A DNA stretch of 64,000 bases from Raillietiella orientalis (GCA_036172245.1 JAYWIR010000013.1:2170001-2234000), one strand, 5' to 3'. Counted from the stretch's first letter, positions 43,901 to 58,400 are shown. Notes: a model not told the origin generated them from the sequence alone. Numbers and translations: made by a program.

Positions 43901-46069
43901 TTTCAATGTGGTCTTATCTTCAGAATCGAATTTGTAACGCAAATAAAAAAAAAAAAAAAAAAAGAATCGCCATCGAATGAAATAAGTATTCAGGGGTGTT
44001 TGGTCAAGAGCTTGGGGTGTTGTGTACGAATCGTTTGCCCGGCTCTGCTAAGGGTTCTGATTTCTTTCTTCGTGTGTTTTCCGGTCCCCCCTTTTACGCA
44101 GCCCTACCCTCCTCCATTTCCTTGCGTAGCTGAAGCTGTCTTTCGTTTTTTTCTCCGGTTCCGCGGTGACGATTTCTTCCTTTCACATGCGGTTTCTGGT
44201 TCCCTTCCTTTCGACCTGGGGTCCGTGACGTTCGGACGGGGCGCGTTCCCTTGGGAAGGATGCCGGTCGAGTGGGTTGCTTGGATGCGCGCAAATCTCGA
44301 GCGCTCCAGGTAAACCGCTCGAAGACTGGTCACTTTCGACGGAGGCGCAGCTCATGCAAGAGCGTCTTTTCTGACCCCGCCAAGGCGCAGGTAGATGATG
44401 CGCACTGTCCAGGAGATTTGCTGGGGTGGCCTTTCGTCAGCAAGTTCGTTGTCATTCAGGGCGGGCCGAGATCGCCTTGTTTTCGGATGAAGTGAAATAC
44501 ACCGAAAGATCTGACAGTACATTAATCCCCCCCCCCCCCCCCGATGTCTCTGGTATTATTCAAGTAGTGTGCATAGCTATTTAATTCCGTTGAAAATAGC
44601 CGTCGTGACGTAACACAGAGAGAATCGACCGCTCGTCGTGTAATCCAGCGTGTTCTCTACACCTGGCACGAAGCCGACGAAAAGAGGTATGCGCTGATTT
44701 GCGACTCTGTCTGGAACATCGGTTCAAAATAAGGAATGTGCGATAGAGATAGGACGAGCATTGGGATGGCAGCCGTGGGTCACGCACGCGTCGTTCCTGT
44801 TTCCTGTGTCAGGGCTGGGTGACCGAGAGAACTTGAGGAGAGCGAGCGCTCCCATCTGAGGTTGATGCGGATAGCTCGGAAGTGTCACGATGACTTTCCG
44901 GAGAGACTGCACGTCGAATTCCGGGAACGCAAAGGAAGAGGGAAGCAGAATTCAGATTCCCTTCGTTCCGTTTCTGAACCGGCTGGATCACAGCGAATTG
45001 AGATCCAACAGAGTTTGTCTTTGCACTGTCGAAGACCTGCTGCTCTATCCACATCCGCGTCCACTTCGGTTATGGGCATCTCGGCGTCCTGGAGAAGGCG
45101 TATCCTGGCACAGGGGGTGCCAGAATGTGCCTCTGCGCTCCTGACATTGTGCAGGCAAGCAGGAATCAGGCAGAAGTAGCAGCAGACACGTCATGTCTAT
45201 ATGTAATTTGCTAAGCTGCCCATGAAACATATCCATGCGTGACCATCCTACGCCTGGAAACCATCGATTGACTCCAACGCATCGATTTTGCTGGCCGTTT
45301 CGCGTTCCTCCGAAACAACAGACGGCCCAGCCACCAGTCGTTCTTGTGTTGCCGGTGAGCGTCGCGTTCTTTTCGATACGGAAAGGCTTCTTCTCCCACC
45401 GGGAACAACGGGAGAAAGGAAGGGCAAGCAGCATTCTCAGTGCTGCGTAAACATCGGCTATTGCATCGTCGACTGAACTTGTTTTTCATACGCACTCTCC
45501 CTGAGCCGAAGATTCCGGCGGTCGGTGGCGCCGCGGACCGGCTCTGAGGGTGTTTTCGCAAAGCGTGAAAAGTTCTCGAGCGATATGCGAACATCATCGG
45601 ATTTCGTGCTCTCGTCGGCTCTGTCTTTTCCACTTTGGCGCCCCTAGGCGGCTGCCTAACTTGCCTACACCGTCTGTATCTGAACGGTGCAGCCCCCAAC
45701 CATTTCGGGTGAATTCGGGTTCCGCTGGTTTGGGATGGCAGTGCGCTCACCTCTTCACGCTTCAGTAACCAGCTACTTGGTCTGCTAACTGGAAGACCCT
45801 TTGAGGCCGTGAACGAAAGCTCCCGTGTGCTGTTCTTACGGCGTAGAGGGTGGTTGTCCGAACCGAGGTTTCAAGAAGGGGATTTTCGTCTTCTACCCCA
45901 CCCCTTTCTCCCATCCCTCTTTATTCCCCTCTCAAGCACGTCTGTCCATTCCCTCGCGCTTCGATCCCTGTGAGTGCTCGTTCCCGTGTCGCGCTTGCCA
46001 CGGGCTCGCCTGCGACTCTGCCTTCGCCTGCCGCGCCCGTCCCCGCTTCCCCGGTTCTCCGTAGCGCAA

Positions 46070-46127
46070 CCAATGAGCCTGGAGAGACAAGAGGTCTCGA
46101 AGGGGCTGCGGCGGTTGCCGGGGAGAC
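46070..46127 (+). promoter_or_regulatory. Putative DNAH10 promoter: CCAAT box plus RFX X-box-like element
   Basis: CCAAT at 46070-46074 and GTTGCC-GG-GGAGAC at 46114-46127. These precede a probable non-coding first exon ending at 46263 (GTGAGC donor) and an intron 46264-46492 with a CTAAC branch point before the ATG exon. Confidence 0.5.
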
Positions 46128-46499
46128 TGCATCGAGACTTGTATCCCGTTCCTGCTGCCGGCGCTTGAGACGTGCTGCCCTCCCACCGCGCCCGTTCGAG
46201 CCACTGCAATGCACCGCAAGAGGTTGCCCAGAGGAGGTCTCCTGGGGACTTCCGGAGCAACGGGTGAGCTGCAACAGGGAGTATTCTCGTGTTTCCCCTC
46301 CCTTTCAAGCACGAGCCCGCTCCCCGCAACGTCTCCACCCCATGCGAACGTCCCTTCCGCATCCGCCCCTCCGATTTTCGCCAAGGTGGAGCATCCGTTG
46401 CCGGCATCTTCCTTGGGTCTCCCGAGCTCGCCGAGTGGCGCTGCCTCTCGAGCAGGGGCGGTGGTGATGGTCTAACTCTCCCTTGTCCTCAGGTGGAAG

Positions 46500-49400
46500 A
46501 TGAGGAGCCTCGACGGCAGGGCCACGTGGCTCGTCGAGCAAGCGATCGCGCTGCTTGACCTCCCTCCCGAGGTGCACCACAAAGTCCGCAGGGAGGTCGA
46601 AGAGAACGCGGAGGCGCTGAAGCTGCTGTGCAGCGCGCGACCCGGAAGAGGCGATGACGTGCTGCTGTTCTGCGCATGCGGAGCCGGGCAAGAGGAAACG
46701 CGTCCAGGTAACCGGGGGCGTCCACGTCGCAAGCGAGCTGGAAGTCTCTTGGGGCAGGGTGATTGGCGGCGGGCGTTTCCCTCCTTGAACTGCGGATGGT
46801 CCTGGGTGACGCGAGACGAGAAAAGAGCGATTCTGAGGAAGAGCATCTCGTGGAGCGGACCCCCTGCTCCGCGGACGCGGTCGGGGCGCAGCTTTTAGCC
46901 CTCCCCGCACGCCTTCTGTGCGCGCTTACCCCGCCGGCTCCCTTCCGCTTCCGCCTCGTTGGCCGAGCGCCTTCCACGTCATGCAGCCGCCGGGCAGCGC
47001 CTGATTGTCGTCGCGTCTTCAGCACGGGGGGTGCCAAACCCGTTCAACGGGAGCAGCAGCCTCCCTCCCCCTTCTGGGTTCGTCATGCGAGGAACGACGC
47101 GCCCGCTGTCGGAGTCTCGGAGATCTTCCGGAAGGCACGCGCTTCCGCGCAGTGTGGGCTTCGGTCAGCGCTTCGTGCGCGATGGAGACCCGGTCCGCTT
47201 CCGTCACGTCGGCAACCGCCTGCCTCTGCGCTTTCTCCCTCAGTACGGCCGCCTTCTTCGGAGACGCCTCTCTTCCGGTCGGGGCTCAGAGACACCCTCA
47301 ACTCCTCCCTCCATCCCGCCTCCGTTAACCACGCCGGCGCCTTTCCTGTGCTTGGGCGAGCGCGCGCGGCTCAAGCTCGGGTCGCTCTTCCTGCCAGCGG
47401 AGGGCGCAAACAGCGAGGACTTGTCGATCGTTTGGCCTCCAGGATGGCGCGCGGATCCTCTTCCGGCATTCCGTGGAGCGCTCGTCTTCCTGCTCTTCCG
47501 CAAAGCGCTGCTGCTGCGCGAGCTCCCGCTTCCAGGAGTCTTCGGGATGGCCGGGTGAACTGCTCTTTCCTCTCTTGCAGTCGAGGGTCTTCCTCCCGGG
47601 CAAGGGAGTCAGCTGCAACCGCCGGAGGCCGGCTCTGCGGAGGATGAAGGCGAGGTCCTGGAAGAGTCGCCTCACGTAAGCCAAGTTCCGGGAAGTCTCG
47701 GGAAAACGGCTTGACTGCTTCTCCCGTGCCGTTGCGGGACCGTTAGGGGCGGGGCACCCTTCTCCCGGACAGACGGCGACTCCAGGAACCCGGCACAAAA
47801 AAAAACAACGCAAATCGGGTTCGGACCCTCAGTTCGTTCCCGTTGGAAAATGATGGCGACAACGACGATGATGATGACAGCAAGGGGAGCAATGAAGGAC
47901 GCGATAGGCCTGAGGATGTGGGTTGGGAGATGACCTGCCGCGCGCGTGTTTTTCGGATTGACCCTAGGAAGAGAAAAGCCGTTTGATGGGACCCGGAAGC
48001 GGACGTTCGGGAACCAAGGTCTCCCTCATAACTCAATCGTGGGGCCTTTGAGTAGGGTGGATACCGTCCGCCTCCTGGGGGAAAACCGACTGGTTTGCGT
48101 ATGAATCGGTGGGACCCGTTCACGCGACTAGGGATGGCATTTGGGCGTGCGCCTTTTCCGAGCCGCGTTACGTCACGGAGGAAGGCAGTGGCTGTCGTAG
48201 TTCGGGGAACGGCGGCCTCCGAGTTGGCGATCTGTCCGGGGCAGAGGGCAGTGAGGGGTGGATGGAAGCAGCCGTTTGTCCGACTTCGTCTTGCGATAAA
48301 ACCATCGTCGCAGTTGGGACGCCGACAAGCCGGCCTTCCTCGTCTGGAAGCTTTTTCGGTCCCGGAACCTCCAGGGACAGAGGGGGAAAAAAGTGGACAG
48401 GTTGTCACCCGCAGTTTTGTCATCGGAGACGCTCTTCGAGGACCGCATTGGATAGATGAGGCTCCGCCTCATCTGACCGCAAGAGCTGCGCCCATCGCAA
48501 GCGCCACCCTTTCCTTGCGCCCTTGTGTAATCTCGAAGGAGCAGATCCGAATAGCCGGTGGCGAACATTCGGCGATCCCGGTGGACGCGTCAGGAACACT
48601 GAAAAATGGCCCGGAAGCTAGCGGGGTTGCGTGGAAACGCGCCGGGCTCCGACTCGCTTGTGGACAGATGAAGCCGGAGGAGGACAAAAGTGTCATCTGG
48701 CGGGCGACGAGGGAATCAGCATCGAAGGGGCGCAAAGGGAGACGAGGGGGAGGCGCGCGCGTGCCGCCGCCGAGAGACTCTTCGCGCATGCTCGGGAGAT
48801 TCCGGGAAGTGCCGCGAACCCCTTCTTGCCGAGAAATCCTCCGGGAGTGCACCGCGCAACCAAGTCTCGCGTTCCGCGAAAGGATCGTAGCGGGGAAGGC
48901 AACAGGGGAGCTGGCCGCCTGCCGCTCCCGGACGGATCGATACGGGAAAGGTCGGTCCTCACGGCTGGGCGCGGACGGGCGTCCCACTCGCTCCAGCCGC
49001 CGGATCCGCTCGGTGATCATCGTCTTTCCAGGAGCAGTCCCTCTTGATCGCTTCGGATGGCCCACCATTGGTGCCAGGGCAACCCACACCCCGAAGCGCT
49101 CGCTGGCTCGACTGGCGCTTTGCCTCAGGGAACTCCGTGACCTCCGCTGTTGGGCCAAGGGCGCGGCTGCCGCGAGCGATGCGGCCACCGAGTTGGCTCC
49201 TCGGAGGACGAGCCGAGAAACGAGGAGTCCCTCGGAAGGGAGGGAGGCTGCACCTTTTCGCAGGAAAGTCATAGAGGTCATTGACTGACCGCCCTTGACT
49301 GCTGGTCCTCGCGCATGGTTCGTTGGTGGTCCCCTTGAGTGGTGGCCCGGGCGGGTTTTGGTGCGCCGTCCTGGGAAAGCGAAGCAGGGCGCGCTAGTCG

Positions 49401-52400
49401 CGTACGATCGGCATAAAAAAAAATAAAAGAAAGGAAAAAAACAAGAGTGGGTGCGAAGGCGGCAGCAGGCAGATCCTGGCGTGCCGGAATCGGTCCTGGA
49501 CTCCTGGGGGACGCTACGGAAAGGTGAAGGTGGTGGTGGACCGGAAGGGTCCTCCGCCGTTCTAGATGGAAGGGGGAAAGCGCGCTTCTTGCCATTCCAG
49601 GACGCGGGAACCACGGATGCTCCCGGAACGACCATCAAGGTGTTCCTGAACTACATGCCTCGAGGGCGCGACCGGAGCGTCTCCGGCGTGGCGTTCTTCA
49701 TCAAAGTGCTGGAAGGCGACGTCCCTGTCTCCAGCGACCCGGACGAGTCAAGCGCCGTCATGGGGCGATTCTTCCAGAAGGGGACGCTCGGCGCGGACGT
49801 GCTGATGCACCTTCGCTCTTTGCTTACAGTAAAGTGGTCCACTCCTTCCTGGGGCAGCCCGTCCCGCCGCTCTTCGCCGGAGCGAGCGGGACTCCCTCTT
49901 TGCCCTCAGGCTCAGGTCCGTCTGGATGCGGCCCACGAGACTGTTGGCAACTTCGGAAAGGCAATGGTCCGGGTCTCGTCCCGAGGTCTTCCCGAGGCTG
50001 GACGGAAGGCAAGGTCGGATGTGAAGATCAGGGAACTCTTCCGCCGGTTTTCGGCGAAACTGCAGAGGTAGGTGGCGCTTTCGGTCGCCCGCTTGCGAGT
50101 CCACGCAGCAGTATTTCTCCGACTCTGTGTGTGTGGGGGGGTTCGGGGTCAAAGGCAGCGATGCTTGCTGTCCCAAGCGGACTCGCCGCTCCCACTGCGT
50201 CCCGAAGCTCGTCGGAAGCAATGCACCGTGGGCGACCGCGTTGGTCGGAGAACGGATCCTGGAAGGGGGTTGGGGCAAGACCTTGCTTGGCACGAGGGAT
50301 GAACATTTGATGACCACCCCCAGGGACAGGCAGCCTTTTAGAGAAGAGTGGGCAGAGCCATTTCTGCTGCGCACGAGAGCCTTCATATCGCCGCTGCTCC
50401 CCTCCCAGCTAGCCTCTTCTCCTTTCCCAGTTTTCCCAACTCTGGCTGCTCGCAGCAGCTCCAGGAGGACAGCGGTGTCCGATAATTCTTTCCTGCACCT
50501 TGGCGCTCCCTGATGGAAGCGGGCTCTTCGCCTCGCTAACTACGACGTGCGGGTTCTTGCTCATGGATGCCACTGGATCTCCCACTAGCACTGGCGGCTA
50601 CCGCCTTCGTCGGTCAGGCCCAAAGCGGCGACCCCTCGGTCGCTTCCCCTTGCGTGAACCCGTTTGCCTGTCTTCAGCCGGCCAATTGACCCGTGCGGAC
50701 GCCCGTTCCATAGGTGGTGCTCCGAGATGACCTCTCCATCCACCCTCCATACTGTGACCTGCCGGTCAGCACAGATGCATTCCCACACGCACGCGGCCCT
50801 GCACTTTCACAAAGCGTGAAGACTGCCTGGCACCACCATTGCGTCTCCCACTGCACGCACGCAGGCGGCACTGCTGTTGCGTCCGCAGACCCTATTCACG
50901 AAGTATTCCTTCCCCTTTTCTCCTCTTTTTCAGTGTGGGGCGCGCTGATCCCTACTCGTCTCACATCAACAACACATCCGCGACCGCCGCCTTTCTTCCG
51001 CTTGTGGCACTCCATTTCACACATTCGCGTTGCTTGACCCCCACCCCCTTTTTCTTCCTTCAGCATGAATCGGGTCGCCTGTCTCTTGTCAGCGTCCCAG
51101 TCTTCACTGCACGTCCTCATCACGCGCGTTGCCAAGGTTCCTTCTCGAGAAGACCAGTTTGCCCTCCGTTCCCCATTTTCCCATGGCATATCCGTGCGTC
51201 CCTCGTCTCCAAGATGCTCTCCTGTCTCGAAGGAGGAATGCCAGGACACGGACTGGGGCAACCTAAAGGAAGGAGTTGCGGGTCATTCGTTGAAAGGCCA
51301 CGTGGTGTCACCACATTGCAGCGGAGTCAACGGTCGTAGGCAGGAGTAGAGGGAGGAGGTCGGGAAGGAAAGCGATCGGCAATCCTTCGGAGTTGACATC
51401 CTCTCGAAGTGCGAGCTCACGGAGACCGCGACCGGGAGTTAGCAATGTGCAAGGAAAGTGCTCGGAGATTCCCGCTTCGAGTCTTGGAACGCGGCTCAGG
51501 GTTTGCTGCGGTCACCCGCATCGCAGTAGCACGACCGAAGAGTTTTCCTCACCGAGGCGGCGCGTTTTGTTACGTGGTGGCTCTCAACTCGCTCAAGCAG
51601 GCGACGGGCGGACGAGGAGCTTTGGTTCGAGGAAAGCGAATAGGAGATCAGGATGGAATCCCTGTTCTCTGCGAGAGTCGCGAAGTCCTCACGGGCGGAG
51701 GAACTACATCCTCATCCTCCGGCCGCCGCTTGCTATCCGAGAGGGAGCGCGCAAAAGGGTTGACGTCATGATAATGGCGAAATGTGTGTCCAGGCGGCGA
51801 TTGCTCGCTTCTTACACGCGGCCTTTACTCATTCGCTGATTCCTCGCACCACGTTAGCAAAGCCGCGTTTGCTGCCTCCTTCCATTCGGTTCCGGCGGAG
51901 GAACAGGATCTCGGAATGCACTCCTTTCAGGATTATGGAACAAATCGCTCAGGAAGTCAGGCTTAAGGTCTTCGAAGACGTAGCGGCCAAAGTGATGGCG
52001 GAAGAAACAATGGAAGTGCTTGCACAGGATACTGCACTCGTGAAAGAACTAGAGACCATCTTCAATAAGTGGGAGGGGATCATCTCCCGTCAGATACATG
52101 ACTCTTTGGATCAGGTTTGGGGCCTCTTGAGCGCGCGCGCGTCTTCGCGAGTGGTGCTAACAGAGCGACGGTGGCGCCGTGCATCGCGGCGGGCGCGCTC
52201 TCCGCCTGCACTGCCGTCGCGCGGTCTTGTCTTCCCTTCCGGGAAGGTCCCTGCACACGTTGAGCTCATCTCGACTTTACCGCAGGTCAACACCGGGAGA
52301 TACGTTCCCATCCACCTCCCCCATTCCCACCGCGCTTTCTCAAAGATTCCGCGAGTTCCTTGCGTCTTGCGCATCCTAGCCTGCACCTGCACTCTGCACC

Positions 52401-55400
52401 GTCGAAAGAGACGACACAGCCAACCTGTGCATGTCGAGCCCACACGCACCTAGCGCGCACGCCTCCCGCCGAACCACTCGCGCTGACTGCGAATTTGACG
52501 TCGCGAAGGGGTCTGGGGATCGGCGGCAGTTGCTCGGGAAACAGATCATCCAGACCCCCGCGGGAACTGGGTGGGGCGGACGAGCAGGTGCACGCTCGGA
52601 AGGAGACAGTAGGCGCCGTGACTGCCACCCATTATGCGTACTTTCGTCCAACCGCTCAAGAGTCGGGAACAATCCAGCGAATTTCCACCCTTCCCCCCCC
52701 CCTCTTTGCAGAGCTCCGTGGGAGACCACCCCTTGGGGGAGATCAAATTCTGGAAAACCTGCAAGTTCAGCTTGAGTCACCTGCTGGACCAGCTGAGGCT
52801 TCCAGTAGTCCATAGGATGAAAGGCGTCTTGGTTTCCGCGGATTCCCCCCACGTGGAGACGTTTATCGTTCAAGAGAAGGAGCTGACCAAAGCCTACTCG
52901 ACTGCAAAAGACAACGTGCGCATACTGGCGACCTTGGAGAGGCACCTGAAGGTCTTCCCCTCGTCCCTCCCTCTATTCTTGCTTGTCCTGAGAGGAAGAT
53001 GCCCATCGCGCTCACTTCCAGATCCTCATCAACGAGAGGGATCTGACAAAGATGGTCGAGCACGTGCCCTCCCTGTTTGTCTGCCTGAGGATGATGTGGG
53101 TGCTATCGTGGTACTACAACAGCGACGAGACGATCGTCCCTGTGCTGGAGCGGATCGCATGGCTGCTGGTTGACAAGGCGAAGGCGCTACTGGATCTGGA
53201 AAACCTGTTCCGGTACATCCTTCCCAACGCTCCTTTCCGGCTCTCCACCGGGACCCACTTACGCACTGGGACGTACTCGTGGATTCGCGCATCCCGGACG
53301 CACCCTCCCGGCTGCTTGGAAAGCCGACGGGATGCGACCCCATCCGCTGACGGGTCCTCGCCCTGATCTCCGTAAGCGAACCCGCTGGCTCCCCCGGAAA
53401 CCGAGTCAAACGGAGCCTCGGGAGCTTACCGACGATCCCTCTCCCCACCTCCCTTCCCCAGGCGCGCCTTCGGCGGCCGCCATGTGCGAACGCGCTGTGG
53501 CGAAAGCGGGCGCACTGTGGCCGTTTCCAGGAACCCCCCTCGGGAGATCGAGGTGAAGTGCCTCGAGGCGAGCAGACTGATGCGCGCCTGGAAGGAATCC
53601 TACTTCCGGGAGAGGGTCGCCATCGAAACGGCGGGGAGGAGCCCCCGGTGGGAATTCGACGTGAAGCGCCTCTTCGAGAGGACGGACTACGTGGCCCAAG
53701 TCTGCGAGGACCTCGCCTGCGTAGCCAAGGTGAGTGGGATGGCGCGCGTTGCGAACCGTAGGCAACCTCACGCCGGGGGACCTCCCCCTTTCTTCCGCTC
53801 CTCCCCCGAGGCACTCCTCGGGAAAGCACGGTTCGGGAGCTTCCGGGAGGAGGACGCCCCTGGTTCCCGGAGTCTCCCTCCCTCCCGATGGGGGGGAGGG
53901 GCAGCCCTTCCGCTACGGAGCGATCCCAGGGTACCAATGATTCCAGGGCAGCAGCACCTTCAGGGACTGGTCGGAGACATTCCGGGAATGAGGAGCGGAC
54001 GGCTCCATTCTTCCGCCTGGATGTGTCGCCAGCCTTGCTGGTTCGGGACGACTTCCGTGGTGGTAGTGGCGGTGGCGGTTTGAAGCTACGCGAAGCTCTT
54101 GCGCCAATGCAGAGGGCGGGGAAGCATTTGTTTTTTCCCTCCCCCCGCTCCCCTTCCTTCACGGACGCCCCGTGCCCAACTCTGGCCTTCACAAGAACGA
54201 AGGTCATGTCACGATCTGCGACCTTCAAAGATGGCTCCCGTGACGAATACCTTGTTCCCCGCCTCCGAGGCCCACGCTGCAACCGTTGTAGAAGCGTGAA
54301 AGCCACGTGCGTCGAGCTCCTTCTCCGCACGCAGAGGCGCGCATCTCTCTGAAACGGGGCGCTGCCGCACGTCCCCATCGCACGGAACATCGCGACCTCG
54401 GTTCGCGCTCTCGAGCTCACCTAATTCGCGGCCGGTGCCCCCGAACCAGGAAAGCGGTCGGTTGGAACAACATGGCTGCTGCGGAACTGCCTGAATGGAC
54501 CGGGACCAAGGCGTCTATTGAAATGCTATCCCACCGTCTTTACTTCCTGGTGTCCGCACACGTCCTGTCTCGAAACCCCCCCATAGCTGGGCCACTGGGT
54601 CCATCCACCCCATCGAATCTCCTCGCATTGCAACTGGGAAGTCCTCCGTCCTCCGTTCGACAGTCTTGTCGGAGGGTCCACCAGCCGTGCACGAATTTTC
54701 GTGTGGTACCCTGGCAGTTGCCATCCGCAACTGCCGTCTTTCCTTTTTTCTTTTCCTTCCGAAAACATCGCAGGGTGCTTCCACATTTCCCTGCGCCTTT
54801 TCTCCGAGGGGAAAGAGAAAAAGCATGGGGAGGGGAGGAACACACCAGGTTCCCGCATTCTACAGTCGCAACCCAATGATATATCCCCCCTTCTGCCCTC
54901 TCCTGATTCGTGGTTCGGCCAGGTCCAGAGGGAGCTGCTCAATGTTTTCGGGAACGAGTTGAAATCCATCACGAAGCACTCGAAGCAGATCGACGAGGTC
55001 GTCGTCGAAATCAAGAAGCTGAAGAATTACGTCCTGAAGGCCAACTTTGATGTGTTTTCCGCGTCTCAGAAGCACCTGTGGGAGCTGCAGATGACCAGCG
55101 TGGAAAGGAAAATAAACCTAATCGAGACGGCGGCGTCCAATTTCATAAACCACTGCTTCAAGAGTGTCCTGTGAGTCGCTTTCTTGATTGGTCATCGGGG
55201 CGGGAGGCCACGGGTCGGGGACCAATGGTGCAGGGGTTGACTCCATCCCGACTTCACCGAGAAGCCGGGCCGCGCGTCCAGTGTTTGAGACGGGTGCCAA
55301 CAACTGCAACATCTCCGTACGGCGACCAGGGTTCCCCTTCGGAGACAACCAGGGTAAGAGGAGCGATCCCCCCATCCCTTCCCCTCCTGGGGATCCCTCC

Positions 55401-58400
55401 CCAAGCGTGAGAGGAACGGAATCCGAGCCCTTCTTGGATTCATAGGGAGGACCCCCATCCCGGGGTGCCGAGCGCGCACTGCAATCGCCTTCTTGTCCCC
55501 CGCACCACTCTCCCCCACGGCCGGGACAGTTGCGCGCGTTCCGCTCCCTCCCCTGGGACCGCCACTTCCGCTCGCGAGAAACCCGCACTGCGGGCAAAGG
55601 ACTGCCACCCTCTTCCGCTGGAATCCTATTCTCCTGCAGAGCCACCTGGAGAGGCCCGAGCGACAGCGCGCTCCGTGAGCTTCCGAGGCTCCGTGCTCTG
55701 CTGCGTTCTCACCCTCCCCTCCCCTGGCACCTCCCCCTTTGGAAGGGAAGGTCTCGATGGCGGGGGAAGAGGCTGCAGCGGAGTGAGAGGGCTGTGGTTC
55801 CGCAGAGACACCCTCGGGGGAAGTTCGCTTCGCGCCAGTTCTGCAGGAACCCGCGGGGTGGAGAGAGGCGCTCTCTGCGTCCCATTTCACGGTCTCCGAA
55901 GGATCCCGGAAGATGTCGCTGCCGGCACGAACCTTCCAGCCGAGCGGAACCTTGACGACGTGTCCTTCCGTGTGGCCCTCTCCTCCTTCCCTTCCGTGTT
56001 CTTCCGCGTCCCCTCGCGCAGCCGCAAGGGGAGGACCCTTACGGCGAGCTTCCCGCTTCGCTGGCGGGCAGGCGGGGACGCGCAGATGCAGCTTTCGGGA
56101 GCGAAACGAAGCGGAGATGATGGAATGGTGCGCCTCCCTCATCGCCATCTGCCGCACCACCACGTCGTCGCGGATGCTCCGTGCCGTAGGCGCTTATTGC
56201 ACGCGGAAATTTCGGCGCTGGGAGCGGCGGCGCTCGCCTTCTCTTGAAGCGGAAGAAGGGGGTGCGCCAGCCTGAGCCGACAAGCCGCACGCGGTTGAGA
56301 GTTGCCCTTTCGCCCGGATGGTTGCTGCCTCGGCCGGTTGCCAGGTCGCCGCGCCCCGCAGCAAGCGGCGGAGAGGCACAGGGCGTCTTCCAGCTTCTCC
56401 CTTTCCGGGGTCTTCCCGCCTCCACCACCAGTCACCGCTGTCCTGGACTTGCGGTGCGGAAAAGGAGAGCTCCGCCGCCGCACGTGGGCGACAGACGAGT
56501 GCGACCACGCTGACTCGGTCCTCTCGCAACAATCCTGCTCTGAGGTCATGGCCACGAGCGATGCACGCAGTCTGCCGTCCTCGTCCCTCGCCTCGCAGGA
56601 CATGCAGGAGGCAGCTGCAGCTTTGCGTGTCCTCAACGCGCCCACAGGTTGCCACTGGAGATGGTAGCAAGCGGCGTCCGTCCCGAAACACTCCGAACCT
56701 GTGTGTCGGCTCGCAGGTTGACGACGCTGACCTTGGCGGGCTGGCCGATGATTTTGGTGGGGAGGGAGCAAGGTGGATCTTCCGACGCGACCCGCACTTG
56801 GAAAACATGCCTTCGGGCATGTTCTCAGAGCAGTGGAGAGCGGTGCTCCATTCTGGAGCGAATGTGCGCGCGCACACGAATCGCCACTGGGGGGGAAGGG
56901 GGGGGGTCCCGGACGGTCAGAGCACGCGGAGCGCATACGTGCCGCTGCGGCGGGGTCCGCCGTGCCCTCGGCTGCCGGCTCTCCCAGGACGAAGCAGCAG
57001 GCTCCCCGTTCCGAGCTCGCGTCACTTCCAATGGTCTCGAAACCGGAAAGAGCGGCCACTTGCTGGAACTGCGAGCGCGCCGTGGTGCAGCAGAGCTTCC
57101 TCTTTTTCGCTCGGGAGGCTGCATCCCGGACAGCCAGCGCATCACCGAGGCGCTCGCACGTGGCTTCCCGCAGCAGCCTCTCTCTGGTAGCAGCTGCCGC
57201 CGTGGGCGTCCTTTGCCCGTCCCTTCGGTTCGGCGCGCGGATGCCGGTGACGCTCCCTCGAGGCGCCGTCTTCTTCCTCCCCATCTCCCCTCCATCCACG
57301 TGTGGACCATCGTCCCCCGGTCAAGACTGCCAGTTTTCCCAGGTGGAGGACGTTCGGTCCCTTCCGCGGCGCTCTCGCTCGCGCCGCCGCGCATTTTCCG
57401 AGCCACTTTTCCGGCACCCGCGCCGCCTCCACGCCTCGCGGCCGGCTTCCGCGCTGTTCCTTCAAGTGCTCGGGGGTTACGCACCGCTGTAGAGGAAGGG
57501 GGGAGGGGAGGGGATTTCCCTGTTCTCTCGGCTGCGCCTCCGAGTTGGCACACCTCGGTATCGCCTGGCCTGGGCGCGGATCCGGACGTGCCCACCCGTG
57601 CCCACCTCTTGTGACCGGTTGCCTGCGTCGCAGGTCATCGAGCGCTGCTCTGGAGCTGTTGGAGAGGTTCCAAGGCGCGGAGACGCGCCCCGCCATCCGT
57701 GACGTCATCGGCAGCAAGCGCAGCGTCATCATGCAGCAGTACCGGAAGGAGGTGGACGACACGCTCGCCACTTTCCAGGTAGGGCGCCGCCGCCCCCCTT
57801 CCCAGGACCCATCTTCCTTCGAGGCGCCCCCTTGCCCTCGGGGGCTCGGCCCCGACACTCTCTCCGACTCGTTCGGCCCGCACGCTGCGGGGAGGAGGAG
57901 GCGGCGCGGGCGAGCTCACTTTCCTGTCTCCTTCCAGAAAAAGAAGGACTGCCCTCCCGTGTTCAAGGGCTACCCCGAGGTGGCGGGAGCGGTCTACTGG
58001 GAGCGCATGCTGCTGCAGCGCATCAAGGCGCCCATGCTGAAGTTCCTGAAGATAGCCGAACTGATGGACTCGGAGGAAGGCGCAGCCGTAAGCGCGAGTG
58101 GTCGCGGCTCGCGCCAGCATGAGAAGGCGGGTGCGTTCCGCAGGTGAAGTCGCACTACCTGCGCACGGGGCACCAGCTGAAGGACTACGAAGCGGCCAAA
58201 GTGCTGGCGTGGAGGGACAAGTCGGAGAAGGTCCTGCCGTCGCTGCTGAAGATGCCCGTCTACATCGAGGAGCTGGGCAGCGGTGAGCGAGAAGCGAGCG
58301 CGCCGGGCCGGCAGGAGGCCTGGGGCGCCCAGTGTCGTCCTACCCGACACGCGACCGCTGCAGCCGTCTGTGCTCTACGGCTCCTCGGATCGCCAGGCGA

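Noticed and set aside
53029..54420. 463-aa minus-strand ORF, and similar long Arg/Pro/Gly-rich ORFs at 55-63 kb (e.g. 61721-63310, 61008-62291, 56139-57299)
   Set aside because: These are antisense or off-frame shadows of DNAH10 exons plus very GC-rich introns where stops are rare. They have no domain-like content beyond the true exon segments.
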